Position numbers and translations under genes: made by a program
The notes under the pieces: generated by a model
What the model saw: the letters and a program-made list of their open reading frames with translations, nothing else
What the model was told of the DNA's origin: nothing
Databases searched by the model: none
Virus record (IMG/VR): IMGVR_UViG_2861773553_000003
Span: 20,849-84,848 of that record
From: a virus
Lineage: Duplodnaviria; Caudoviricetes
Length of the DNA: 64,000 bases
Reading direction: 5' to 3' (one strand)
In this document: piece by piece, positions 37,164 to 46,596 of the stretch
Numbering within the stretch: position 1 is the stretch's first letter
Layout of the letters: every line of letters begins with the position of its first letter

Positions 37164-37657
37164 CGCAGGCCCGCCGGCGGGGGGAAGTAGGTCCCGGCCT
37201 CGGGGGTGACCGGCTGGGCGCTGACCCAGCGGTCGTGGTCCACGCCCCGCAGGTAGCGGCCGGGGCCGAGCTCGACGAGGTCCTGGGGGCAGGGCGGCCC
37301 GGGGGTCAGCGCCTCCTCGTCCTGCGGGGTGAGCTCGTCGTATCCGACCAGGGTCAGGCCCTGGCGCGGCAGGTGCGTCATGTGGTGGCAGTGGTAGCTG
37401 CGCAGGGCGTAGTCGGCGGCCTCGGCCAGCACGTGGGCGGACGGGCACTCCGCCTCGATGCGGGACTCGATGAGCCAGGCCAGTCCCAGGGCGGCGTCCT
37501 GCGGGTCGATCAGGCCCGCGTGGGTGTGCTCCAGGTGGGCGAGGGCGGCGCGGACGGCCACCTCGCGCAGCTCCTCGGGGCGGCCGGAGGTGGCCTCGCG
37601 GACGGCCTGTCCGGGGGTGGGCAGGTCCGGGGCGAGCAGGTCGCGGGTGCAGTGCAT
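37160..37657 (-). CDS. Hypothetical protein
   Basis: AGGAGA RBS. Confidence 0.7.
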   Translation of the reverse strand: MHCTRDLLAPDLPTPGQAVREATSGRPEELREVAVRAALAHLEHTHAGLIDPQDAALGLAWLIESRIEAECPSAHVLAEAADYALRSYHCHHMTHLPRQGLTLVGYDELTPQDEEALTPGPPCPQDLVELGPGRYLRGVDHDRWVSAQPVTPEAGTYFPPPAGLR

Positions 37658-37672
37658 CGGGGTCTCCTGTGG

Positions 37673-38059
37673 TCAGACGTGGGGGACGGGATCGGCGTCG
37701 GCGTTCCAGTGGTAGGCGAAGTACGTCCAGCCGGCGTCGGAGGGGATCGGGTCGTACTCGGGCCGGCCGTGCGGCCACACCTGGACCTCCACCTCGGTCG
37801 CACGCTCGGCGCCGAGGTCGTGGTGCAGTGTCCGCAGCGCCCGCTGTGAGGCGTGTTCCTTGGTAGGGGCGTCGAGGATGAGCGAGATCCGCCACCGGCC
37901 CGAGGAGTGGCCCCTGATGCCCAGAAGGGCGCGCTCTTCTGCGGTGACCTCCGGGTCGGCGGTGAAGATCAGGCGGATGTCCCATCGGGGGTCCCGCTGA
38001 ACCTCGGGCAGGGCCTGGGTCCAGCGGACGGCGAGGACGTCGGGGGCTTCGTGCGGCAT
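37673..38059 (-). CDS. Hypothetical protein
   Basis: GAAGG RBS. Confidence 0.65.
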   Translation of the reverse strand: MPHEAPDVLAVRWTQALPEVQRDPRWDIRLIFTADPEVTAEERALLGIRGHSSGRWRISLILDAPTKEHASQRALRTLHHDLGAERATEVEVQVWPHGRPEYDPIPSDAGWTYFAYHWNADADPVPHV

Positions 38060-38076
38060 GGCGGATTGCCTTCGGG

Positions 38077-38772
38077 TCAGGACTCGGCGGTCAGGGCGGA
38101 GTCGAAGTCGGTGTCGGCGGGGTCGGCGGAGCGCAGGCGCGGTCGCGTGAGCAGCCGGAGGGCGTCTGCGGCGACCTGGTCGGGGGGCGGCAGGACGGTG
38201 TCGCCCAGCGGGAGCCCGTCCTCGACCGCGTCCCAGATGGTGCCGCCGTGGGGGGCGTAGACCCAGCCGCGCTCCTCCGTCCAGCACAACCGGACGGTGA
38301 CCTCGATGGGGTCGCCGCAGACGAGGACGCCGCTGCGGGGCCAGGTGCCCAGGTGCGAGGACAGCCGTACCGCGACCCCGGCGGCGCCGACGGCCTGGGC
38401 GCAGCGGGCGATGTAGCCCTCGTGGGCCGTGCGCTGGTCCCAAGGGGGTTGGATCGGCTCGGCCGGGCCGTCCGCGGCGGCGCGGCTGCGCAGCACCTCG
38501 GCGAGCCGGGCGTTGCCGAAGCGCTCCTGGTAGTGGCGGAGCCGGGACGTGATGTCCCAGCAGCAGGTGCGATCGCCGCAGGAGGTCAGGTCCGCATCGA
38601 GCGCCTGGAGTGCCTCGGAGGCCCACGCGATGTCGTTCACGTCGGCGGGGGCCACTTCGTAGGCGGCGTCACGGAGGGCGTTGGACGCGGCCGGCGGGTC
38701 CTGTCCGGTGAGCAGGTCGGCGGTGCGGAGCAGGATCTGCCCCACGGGGGTGGGCATGTGGTGCTCGGGCAT
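38077..38772 (-). CDS. Hypothetical protein with DUF6292-like C-terminus
   Basis: LCWTEERGW...VLPPPDQVA; first gene of the leftward operon. Confidence 0.65.
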   Translation of the reverse strand: MPEHHMPTPVGQILLRTADLLTGQDPPAASNALRDAAYEVAPADVNDIAWASEALQALDADLTSCGDRTCCWDITSRLRHYQERFGNARLAEVLRSRAAADGPAEPIQPPWDQRTAHEGYIARCAQAVGAAGVAVRLSSHLGTWPRSGVLVCGDPIEVTVRLCWTEERGWVYAPHGGTIWDAVEDGLPLGDTVLPPPDQVAADALRLLTRPRLRSADPADTDFDSALTAES

Positions 38773-38997
38773 GGCTTCGCCCTTCGAGGATGGGGGGTGG
38801 GGGGCGACCATCGGGGGTCGCGCGGAGCGCGGAGATCACCAATTCCATGATCAATCCGATGTCCGCTCCTCTCCTCATTTTACGCGTGGACAGCGCAAAG
38901 CACGAGGTCAGACGCATGATCCGTACGCAGATGTAGACGTGGGGCTAGCGCTGCCGCGCGACGGCGGAGCACGCTCCGAAGACCCCCATTCTCTCGC

Positions 38998-39017
38998 CGC
39001 ACGCGCTCCCGCGTGCG
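38998..39017. promoter_or_regulatory. Dispersed palindrome CGCACGC-N6-GCGTGCG
   Basis: Exact, in the divergent intergenic region. Confidence 0.8.
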
Positions 39018-39256
39018 GTAAATAGCCCCAAATTCCAGACACCGGCGGAATCGCCCGGCTAGGGTGGGATCGCCGTCCCGACGAGCCGGCGAGCGTGCGG
39101 CGCTCGTGGGTGATGTGTGCGGATGGTTGGTGTGGTCCGGAAGGGTGGTCCCGTTCCGGCCGGACAATCTCCCCCGGCCGGAACGGTCCTCCTTTCGCGC
39201 ACACGCAAAAGCAAATCGAGCGCGCGAGGAAAAATGCGCTTCTACGCTCACGGCCT

Positions 39257-39976
39257 ATGAGTCATTCGGTCATCGTATTCGACGGCGACGACACCCTTTG
39301 GGAATGCCAGCGCCATTTCGACGAGGCGCGGGCGGCCGTGGCCGACTACGTGTCCGGCCTCGGGCTGGACGCCGACCTGTGGCGACAGCTGCAGCACGAC
39401 CTGGACCTGGACCTGGTCGCCACGCGCGGTATGGACCGCCGGCGCTTCCCGCTGTCATGTGAGCTGGCCTTGGAGCAGGTCAGTCACCAGGTCGGCCGCC
39501 TGGTGCGTGACCAGGACCGGTACCGGGTGGGCGAGCTCGCCGACCGCGCGCACATCGCGCCGGTCCAGCTGCTTCCGGGCGTGGCCGAGGCGCTGGCCCG
39601 CGCCGCGCAGTCCGCGCCGCTGATGTTGCTCACCTGCGCCGACCCCACGGTGCAGCGCCGCCGAATCTACAACTCCGGCCTCATGCGCCATTTCCAGGGC
39701 GTGCGCATCTGCCCGGATAAACACGCCGGCATCTTCGCCTCCCTGATGCACGATCTCCAGGCCGACCGCGCCCATTCGTGGTCGATCGGCAATAGCGAGG
39801 CCAGCGACATCGTCCCCGCCCTGCAGGCGGGCATGAACGCGGCCTGGGTGCCGCGCGGCACCTGGGCCCACGACCTGCGGCCACCCGCGTACCGCCCGAC
39901 CGCTCCGGCCGGGCTGTCCCTGCGGGCCGAGGACCTGTCGGCCGCCGTGGACCTGGTCCTGGAGCGGCTGGGCTGA
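39257..39976 (+). CDS. HAD-superfamily hydrolase
   Basis: VFDGDDTLW, DK, IGNSEASDIVPALQAG. Confidence 0.9.
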   Translation: MSHSVIVFDGDDTLWECQRHFDEARAAVADYVSGLGLDADLWRQLQHDLDLDLVATRGMDRRRFPLSCELALEQVSHQVGRLVRDQDRYRVGELADRAHIAPVQLLPGVAEALARAAQSAPLMLLTCADPTVQRRRIYNSGLMRHFQGVRICPDKHAGIFASLMHDLQADRAHSWSIGNSEASDIVPALQAGMNAAWVPRGTWAHDLRPPAYRPTAPAGLSLRAEDLSAAVDLVLERLG

Positions 39977-39977
39977 C

Positions 39978-39997
39978 CGCACGCGCCTACGCGTGCG
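39978..39997. promoter_or_regulatory. Dispersed palindrome between convergent stop codons
   Basis: TGACCGCACGCG-ccta-CGCGTGCGGTCA; both stop codons are part of the palindrome. Confidence 0.8.
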
Positions 39998-39998
39998 G

Positions 39999-40760
39999 TC
40001 ACGATCCGCCCATCACCGCCGCCCGCAGGGCCGAGGCGCCCTCCCGCAGCAGGCCCACGTCCGATCCCACGGTGATGAGCCGGGTGCCGGCGGCCACCTC
40101 GGCTCGCGCGGCGGCCGGCGTGGCGCAGAAGATGCCCAGCGGCATCGTGGCCCGCGCGCAGGCGCCGCGCACTCGCGCGATCGCCTCGACCACCGCGGGG
40201 TGTCCGAGCTGGCCGAGGACCCCCAGGCTGCCGGACAGGTCATAGGGGCCGATGTAGACGGCGGCCAGGCCCGGTGTGGCCACGATCTGGTCGATCTGCG
40301 CCACGGCGGCGGCGTCCTCCACCTGCGCGATGACGCTCACGCCGGCGTTGGCGCCTTTCAGGTACGGCGCCAGGTCCGCGCCGTAGCCGTGCGCGCGGGC
40401 GATGCCCACGCTGCGCCGCCCCTCGGGGGGATAGGACGCGGCGGCCACGGCGGCCGCCGCGTCCCGGCCGCTGGTCACGTGCGGCACGATCACGCCGTCG
40501 GCGCCGGCGTCCAGGGCGCGCGCGATCAGGACCGGGTCGTTGGACGGCACCCGCACCACCGCGTGGGCCTGCGGCTGCAGGACCTCCAGCAGACGCTGCA
40601 CGGCCGAGGAGGTCAGCAGCGGTGAGTGCTCCTGGTCCAGGAAGTACCAGGAAAGCCCAGCCACGCGCAGCACGGCGGCGCTCTCGGGGCTGTCCAGCGT
40701 GAGCAGCGTCCCGATCAGCGGCGGGCCGTCGTCACCGAGGCGCTCTTTGAGGGTCGGCAT
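39999..40760 (-). CDS. HpcH/HpaI family aldolase
   Basis: FLDQEHS, VRVP, ALDAGADGVIVPHV, YPPEGRRS, IAQVED, YIGPYDLS. Confidence 0.92.
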   Translation of the reverse strand: MPTLKERLGDDGPPLIGTLLTLDSPESAAVLRVAGLSWYFLDQEHSPLLTSSAVQRLLEVLQPQAHAVVRVPSNDPVLIARALDAGADGVIVPHVTSGRDAAAAVAAASYPPEGRRSVGIARAHGYGADLAPYLKGANAGVSVIAQVEDAAAVAQIDQIVATPGLAAVYIGPYDLSGSLGVLGQLGHPAVVEAIARVRGACARATMPLGIFCATPAAARAEVAAGTRLITVGSDVGLLREGASALRAAVMGGS

Positions 40761-41142
40761 GAGATCACTCCCTTCGCGTGGCGCATCCTCGCACCCGCCC
40801 ACGGGGGCGGCCAAGCGCCGCGACGCGATCCGTATCGGTCAGGGCGTGCGGTCCTGGCGGAGCGGGCTCAGGGCCGCTTGCGGCTCAGCGCCCATCCGGC
40901 GACGTGGCTCAGCCGGTCGGTCGCGGCGACCAGCTCGACGAGCTGGTCGGGAGGCAAGGGCTCCAGCAGATCGGCCAGCCGGGGCAGGTCGTCCCGGTGC
41001 GCCAGCGTGATGGCCCGCTGGGCGACCAGGGTGCGCGGCAGATCGTCGACGATCACTTGCAGATCCTGGCCGCACGGCGCGGCAGGTTCACGGGACACAG
41101 GGCAACCCTTCGCGGCGTGGGTACGGGGGAGAGGGGTGTGCG

Positions 41143-41916
41143 ATCAGACCGCCCTTCCAGTATTACGGCAGTAAGGGACGGTTGGCGCCGCACATCGTGT
41201 CGCTGCTGCCGTCCCACGCGGCCTACGTCGAGCCGTTCGCCGGGTCCGCGGCCGTGTTCTTCGCCAAAGCCCCGGTGCCGATCGAGGTGCTCAACGACGT
41301 CAACGGCGATCTGATCGCCTTTCTGCGGACCCTGCGCGACCGGCCGGGGGAGCTGGAGCGCCTGATCGCGCTGACGCCGTACGCGCGCACCGAGCACGCC
41401 GCCGCCCGCCTGGGCGACGCGGCGGCCGCCGACGTCGAGCGGGCCCGGCGCTGGTGGATCCAGTGCATGCAGTCACGCTCGGGCGAGGCCGGCGGGTCCT
41501 GGCGGCGGCCCACGCACGCCATCGGCAGCTCCAACGCCCACACCGCCAAGCGCCAGGCGGCGCTGATGCACGCCTACGCCGACCGGCTGCGGGACGCCTA
41601 CATCGAGTGCTGCGACGCCGTAGAGCTGATCGGCCGGATGGACGCCCCTGCCACCGCCTTCTACGTCGACCCGCCCTACCTGCGCCAGGTCCGGACCCCC
41701 TCGGGGCGGTACGTGGCCGAGCTGGAGGACGAGGCCGGCCACCGGCGCCTGCTGGCGGCCCTGTCGGCCTGCGCCGGGACGGTGGTGCTGTCCGGCTACT
41801 GCTCGCCGCTGTATGAGGAGCTGCTGCGCGGCTGGGTGCGCCTGGACTATCGGGTCCGCAACGCCGCCTCGGACCTACGCCGCCACGCGGTGGAGTCGGT
41901 GTGGATCAACCGCTGA
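41143..41916 (+). CDS. DNA adenine methyltransferase (Dam/D12 class), start uncertain
   Basis: PFQYYGSKGRLA, YVEPFAGS, EVLND, YVDPPY, VLSGY. Confidence 0.88.
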   Translation: MRPPFQYYGSKGRLAPHIVSLLPSHAAYVEPFAGSAAVFFAKAPVPIEVLNDVNGDLIAFLRTLRDRPGELERLIALTPYARTEHAAARLGDAAAADVERARRWWIQCMQSRSGEAGGSWRRPTHAIGSSNAHTAKRQAALMHAYADRLRDAYIECCDAVELIGRMDAPATAFYVDPPYLRQVRTPSGRYVAELEDEAGHRRLLAALSACAGTVVLSGYCSPLYEELLRGWVRLDYRVRNAASDLRRHAVESVWINR

Positions 41917-41972
41917 CCTGCAGGCCGGCCCCGCCGGGCCGCCGCTCACCACACGCAAGGGGGAGGGAGCCG

Positions 41973-42689
41973 GTGGCCGAGGTGCTGCCGCAGGAGTACG
42001 TGCTGGTGCCGACCGAGCAACTGGAGCCGCATCCGGACAACCCGCATCGCGGGGATGTGGGCCTGATCGGCGAGTCGATCGAGCGCAACGGCTGGTACGG
42101 CGCCACGCTGGTGCAGCGCTCGCGGATGCGCATCATCGCCGGGGAGCACCGCTGGCGGGCCGCGCAGGCCAAGGGCCTGGCGATGACCCCGGCGCTGCTG
42201 CTGGACGTGGACGACGATCAGGCGCTGCGCATCATGCTGGCCGACAACCGGATCAGCGACTACGGCCACTACGACGACCCGGCGCTGGCGGCGTTGCTGG
42301 CCTCGCTGCCGGATCTGGCCGGCACCGGGTGGACGCCCGACGACCTGGCCGACCTGGACGCCGCGCTGCCGGCCTGGGTGGAGGTCGTCGGCCAGGAGCG
42401 CCCCGAGCGTGCCGAGCCGCCGGCCGCCGTACGCGCACCGGAGGAGGAGGCCGGGGCCGCGCGCGGCCCGCACCCGAGTGCCTCGTCGGCCGCCGAGGCC
42501 GCGGCGCCGGGGCCCGCGGCGCCGCTGACGCCGGCGTCGGCCTCCAGCGGCCGGGCCGAACTGCTGGTGGTCTTCGCGCCAGAGGAGCACGCCGAGGCCA
42601 TCGCCCTGATCCGGGCGATCCGTGACCGCGACGGCGAGACCAGCGTGGGCCGCATCGTGCTGGCCGCGCTGCGCGCGCACGCGACCTGA
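41973..42689 (+). CDS. Phage ParB/Srx N-terminal domain protein
   Basis: LEPHPDNP...SIERNGW...IIAGEHRWRAA...LADNR. Confidence 0.85.
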   Translation: MAEVLPQEYVLVPTEQLEPHPDNPHRGDVGLIGESIERNGWYGATLVQRSRMRIIAGEHRWRAAQAKGLAMTPALLLDVDDDQALRIMLADNRISDYGHYDDPALAALLASLPDLAGTGWTPDDLADLDAALPAWVEVVGQERPERAEPPAAVRAPEEEAGAARGPHPSASSAAEAAAPGPAAPLTPASASSGRAELLVVFAPEEHAEAIALIRAIRDRDGETSVGRIVLAALRAHAT

Positions 42690-42697
42690 TCTTCTCC

Positions 42698-42717
42698 CGC
42701 ACGCGCACACGCGTGCG
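42698..42717. promoter_or_regulatory. Dispersed palindrome upstream of terS
   Basis: Exact, intergenic. Confidence 0.8.
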
Positions 42718-42742
42718 GCCCGTCCGGTCCCGGGGGGTGTGT

Positions 42743-43258
42743 GTGACCGTCTCCAAGGCCCGCCAGGTGCAGATCGCCCAGCGCCGCACGCGCGCGGTGC
42801 AGATGCGCCTGGCCGGAGTCTCCTACGCCGTCATCGCCGACCAGCTCGGCTACGCCAGCGCCGGGGCGGCGAACAAGGACGTGACCAGGGCGCTGGCGGC
42901 CACCATGAAGGACCAGCACGAGTCCTCCGAGCAACTGCTGCGGCTGGAACTGGACCGGCTGGACCGGCTCATGGCCGGGGTGTGGACGCGGGCCTGCGGC
43001 GGCGACGTGAAGTCCGTCGAAGCCGCCGAGCGCCTCATCATGCGCCGCTGCGCGCTGCTGGGCCTGGACCTGATCCACCGCAACGGCGCCGGGGACGGGG
43101 ACGTGGCCTCGCTGCTGGGGTCGCTGTTCACCGCGCTGCAGACGCGGCACGCGCCGGCCGAGGTCGAGGTCATCGACGTGCTGGAGGCCTCGCCCCAGGA
43201 GGACGACGGCGCACACGCCCCGGAGGGCGCGGACGGCGCGGAGGGTGCGGCGGCGTGA
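42743..43258 (+). CDS. Terminase small subunit (HTH type)
   Basis: AVQMRLAGVSYAVIADQLGY...ELDRLD...RRCALLGLD; overlaps terL. Confidence 0.75.
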   Translation: MTVSKARQVQIAQRRTRAVQMRLAGVSYAVIADQLGYASAGAANKDVTRALAATMKDQHESSEQLLRLELDRLDRLMAGVWTRACGGDVKSVEAAERLIMRRCALLGLDLIHRNGAGDGDVASLLGSLFTALQTRHAPAEVEVIDVLEASPQEDDGAHAPEGADGAEGAAA

Positions 43259-44550
43259 GCGCGCGGGCCCTGCGCCCGATCGTGCATTTGTCTCCCGCCC
43301 AGGAAAAATCCATCGCGCAAAGCACGGCGCGAATAAACCTGTGGACGGGAAGCATACGATCGGGGAAAACCATCGCCTCTTTGCTGCGGTGGCTCACCTA
43401 TGTGGTGTCCGCCCCGCGCGGTGGCCATCTCGTCATCGTCGGGAAAACCGCAGACACGATCAGCAGGAATGTTTTCGAGCCGCTGACGGACCCGTCGCTC
43501 ACCGGCCCCGTGGCGCGGCGGATCTTCCATACCCGGGGCGCGCCGACGGCCAATATCCTGGGCCGGAGAGTGGAGATCATCTCAGCGGCCGATGTGCGCG
43601 CCGAGTCGCGATTGCGCGGCCTGACCTGCGCAGGAGCCTACGTCGATGAGGTGACACTGCTACCGGAGTCGTTCTTTGAACAACTCCTGGCACGCATGTC
43701 CCTGCCCGGCGCGAAATTGTTTGGCACGACCAATCCGGACGCGCCTAATCATTGGCTGCACAAGAAATTCATCCGGCGAGCGTCCGAGCTGGACATGCGC
43801 CACTGGCATTTCACTCTGGATGACAACCCGGCGCTCGATCCCACGTATGTCGCGAATTTGAAGGCCGAATTCACCGGCCTGTGGTACAAGCGCTTCGTCT
43901 TGGGCCTGTGGGTAATGGCCGAAGGCGCGATCTATGACATGTGGGATCCGGATCGGCATGTGGTGACCGCATTACCGCCGATGGAACGGTGGCTGGCGGT
44001 CGGCGTGGACTACGGCACGACCAATCCCTTCAGCGCGATCTTGGTCGGGGTGTCGGTCCCCGACGAGGCCGGCCAGCGGCGGCTGTACCTGGCCAGCGAG
44101 TGGCGCTGGGACTCGCGCGAGAAGCGCCGCCAGCTCACCGACGCCGAGTACTCGGCCGCGCTCACCGACTGGCTCGACTCCGTCCCCGACGCCTACGGCG
44201 CGGGCACCCGCGGCGTGCGGCCCGAGTGGCTGATCGTCGATCCCAGCGCCGCGAGCTTCGTGGCTCAGCTGTTTCGGGACGGGTTCGCCCCCACCCTGGG
44301 CGCGAACCGGGTCAACGACGGCATCCGCACCGTCAGCAACCTGATCGCCGCCGACCACCTGCGGGTGCACGCCTCGTGCTCGGGGTTCCTGTCCGAGATC
44401 GGCAGCTACTGCTGGGACGAGGCCAAGGCCGACAAGGGCGAGGATCACCCCGTCAAGATCGACGACCACAGCCTGGACGCCGCCCGGTACGGCCTGCACA
44501 CCACGGCGGCGGCCTGGTCTCCGCTTCTGGTGCCCGTGCCGTGCGCCTGA
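43255..44550 (+). CDS. Terminase large subunit (PBSX-like)
   Basis: GSIRSGKT, AYVDE, TTNP, GVDYG, IVDPS, DHSLDAARY. Confidence 0.95.
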   Translation: MSARALRPIVHLSPAQEKSIAQSTARINLWTGSIRSGKTIASLLRWLTYVVSAPRGGHLVIVGKTADTISRNVFEPLTDPSLTGPVARRIFHTRGAPTANILGRRVEIISAADVRAESRLRGLTCAGAYVDEVTLLPESFFEQLLARMSLPGAKLFGTTNPDAPNHWLHKKFIRRASELDMRHWHFTLDDNPALDPTYVANLKAEFTGLWYKRFVLGLWVMAEGAIYDMWDPDRHVVTALPPMERWLAVGVDYGTTNPFSAILVGVSVPDEAGQRRLYLASEWRWDSREKRRQLTDAEYSAALTDWLDSVPDAYGAGTRGVRPEWLIVDPSAASFVAQLFRDGFAPTLGANRVNDGIRTVSNLIAADHLRVHASCSGFLSEIGSYCWDEAKADKGEDHPVKIDDHSLDAARYGLHTTAAAWSPLLVPVPCA

Positions 44551-44793
44551 CCCCTGCCCGACCCCCCGCCCTCCTTTCTCCTTCGCCCTGAGGAGGGCGG
44601 GGTCCGGGTGGGCCGCTCCGCGCCAGTGCCCCCGTTCTCGCGCGTCGAGCCGCCCCCCATCCGTCCTGGCCGCCGGTGGTTGAGGGGCCGCCGGCGGCCA
44701 GGACACCTGACCGGGCCCCTGCGGCGCCGCCGCGCACTGGCCTCCGCTCCCCGTCGGCGCAGCGCCGACCCCGTCCTGCTCACGGAAGGCGCC

Positions 44794-45267
44794 ATGGCCG
44801 ACTTCTGCTTCAACGTCAGTTTGGGCCGCGTCGCCGAGCTCTATCACCGCGTCAAGATCGGCGACCCGTCCGGATGCGCCCTGGTCATCGTGGCCCTGGC
44901 CGCCGCCGGCATCGAGTCCGACGCCGTGCTCAAGGACAAGGACACCCTGGCCGATGTGGTCGCGGGCTCCACCAACGAGGCGACCAACGCCGGCTACAGC
45001 CGCAGGGCCCTGGGCTCCATCGACCTGGTCGCCCTCGCGCCCGACGACGTCAACGACCGCCTGGACCTCGACATCCCCGACCAGACGTGGACCAATGTCC
45101 AGTCCGCCGGAGGGGCGTGGGCCAAGCTGGTGATCTGCTACCGGCCCGCCGCCGCCTCGGCCGACAGCGCGATCATCCCGATGACCTGCCATGACTTCGC
45201 GGTCACGCCGGATGGCTCCAACATCGTCATGCAGGTGGACGCGGCCGGCTTCTTCCGCGCCACCTAA
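44794..45267 (+). CDS. Putative virion structural protein
   Basis: Beta-rich; DFAVTPDGSNI...GFF C-terminus of a type seen in phage structural regions. Confidence 0.65.
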   Translation: MADFCFNVSLGRVAELYHRVKIGDPSGCALVIVALAAAGIESDAVLKDKDTLADVVAGSTNEATNAGYSRRALGSIDLVALAPDDVNDRLDLDIPDQTWTNVQSAGGAWAKLVICYRPAAASADSAIIPMTCHDFAVTPDGSNIVMQVDAAGFFRAT

Positions 45268-45282
45268 GCGCCGGACGCCGCC

Positions 45283-46581
45283 GTGGCCATCTCGACCGCC
45301 CCCGGGCCCGCCCCGGTCAGCGCCCTGTTCGGGACCGCCACCACCGCGCCCATGACCTTCAGCGCGGGCACCACGTTGGTCGCGGTGGTGATCTCGGAAG
45401 GTTCATCCTCCGAGGTGGCCATGGCGTCCAGCCCCGCCCTGGACTGGATCTACCAGGTGGGGACCGGCCCGGCCGTGGCCCCGCGCGTGGAGATCCATGC
45501 GGCGCGGGTGACGGCGACCGCCAGCACGACCGTCTCGGTGACGGGCAGCGACCCGGTGATGATGAAGGTGTACGCCTTCCACGGCGTTGACGGCGATCTG
45601 GTCGGCGACGTCGCCTTCGCCAGTACCGCCGACCACACCCAGAGCACCTACAGCATCGGCCTGGCGGTGCCCACCGCCGGATCCTGGGTGGTGGGCGCCG
45701 CCCAGGAGTACAGCCTCAACGGCACCGTGTCCTCCGCCGACGCCACCGACCAGCTCATCCTGCCCGGAGAATTGCAGGGCCTGGCGCTGCGCAAGGGCGC
45801 GGCCACCACGGGCCCGAACCAGGTCGTCCCGGTCACGGTCACCAGCACCTCCATCTTCCCGAGGTGGGGACTGGCGCTGCTGGCGCTGCTGGCCGCCGAC
45901 GAGCTCACCCAGCCGCTGAGCCGCGCCGCGCACGGCGGCACCGCCTGGCCCCTCAGGCCGGCCCGGGTGCGTCTTCTGGGACGGGGGAGTGGGACCGGCC
46001 AGGCGCTGCCCCTGCGGGCGTCGCGTCCGGTGCGGCCCGCGGCCGCCACGCACACCGTGCGACCGCTCGGGGCCCGCAAGGAGCGGCCGCTGCAGGGGGC
46101 CTCGCACGGCGGTACGGCCCGCCCGGTGATGGCCGCGCACGCCGCGGCGGCCGGGACCGCGATCGAGACCGGCCAGGCCCGTCCGCTCGACAGCACCCCC
46201 GGGATCGGCCGGGCCGCCCAGCTGGGACAGGCCCGGATGCTGACACCCGCCAAGGCCTCGCCGTGCGGGCCGGCGTCGATGACCGGGCAGTGCGCCAAGG
46301 CCGTCGTCCTGCGCTCGGCCACGCTCACCCCGGCCACGCTCGACGTGGCGGCGGCTCCGCTGGGGCGCGGCAAGATCGCCCCGGTGGGGCGGGCCGGACA
46401 GGCCGGCGTGGCCCGCCTGGTCGGCACCGCGCCCTTCCAGATCGGCGCGCTGGCCCCGGCGGCCACCACGGGTACGGCGCTGCCGATCCGCCGGCGCGGC
46501 CGCGTCCTGGCCCCGCGCGGGCCGATCCGCGCCTGGGCGGCGGAGCCGCCCGCGTCCGCGTGGCGGGCCCGCCTCGGCTGA
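45283..46581 (+). CDS. Minor virion protein, paralog A
   Basis: Thr/Ser-rich beta domain followed by ARPL-type repeats. Confidence 0.65.
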   Translation: MAISTAPGPAPVSALFGTATTAPMTFSAGTTLVAVVISEGSSSEVAMASSPALDWIYQVGTGPAVAPRVEIHAARVTATASTTVSVTGSDPVMMKVYAFHGVDGDLVGDVAFASTADHTQSTYSIGLAVPTAGSWVVGAAQEYSLNGTVSSADATDQLILPGELQGLALRKGAATTGPNQVVPVTVTSTSIFPRWGLALLALLAADELTQPLSRAAHGGTAWPLRPARVRLLGRGSGTGQALPLRASRPVRPAAATHTVRPLGARKERPLQGASHGGTARPVMAAHAAAAGTAIETGQARPLDSTPGIGRAAQLGQARMLTPAKASPCGPASMTGQCAKAVVLRSATLTPATLDVAAAPLGRGKIAPVGRAGQAGVARLVGTAPFQIGALAPAATTGTALPIRRRGRVLAPRGPIRAWAAEPPASAWRARLG

Positions 46582-46596
46582 TCGTGAGGGGGCACG

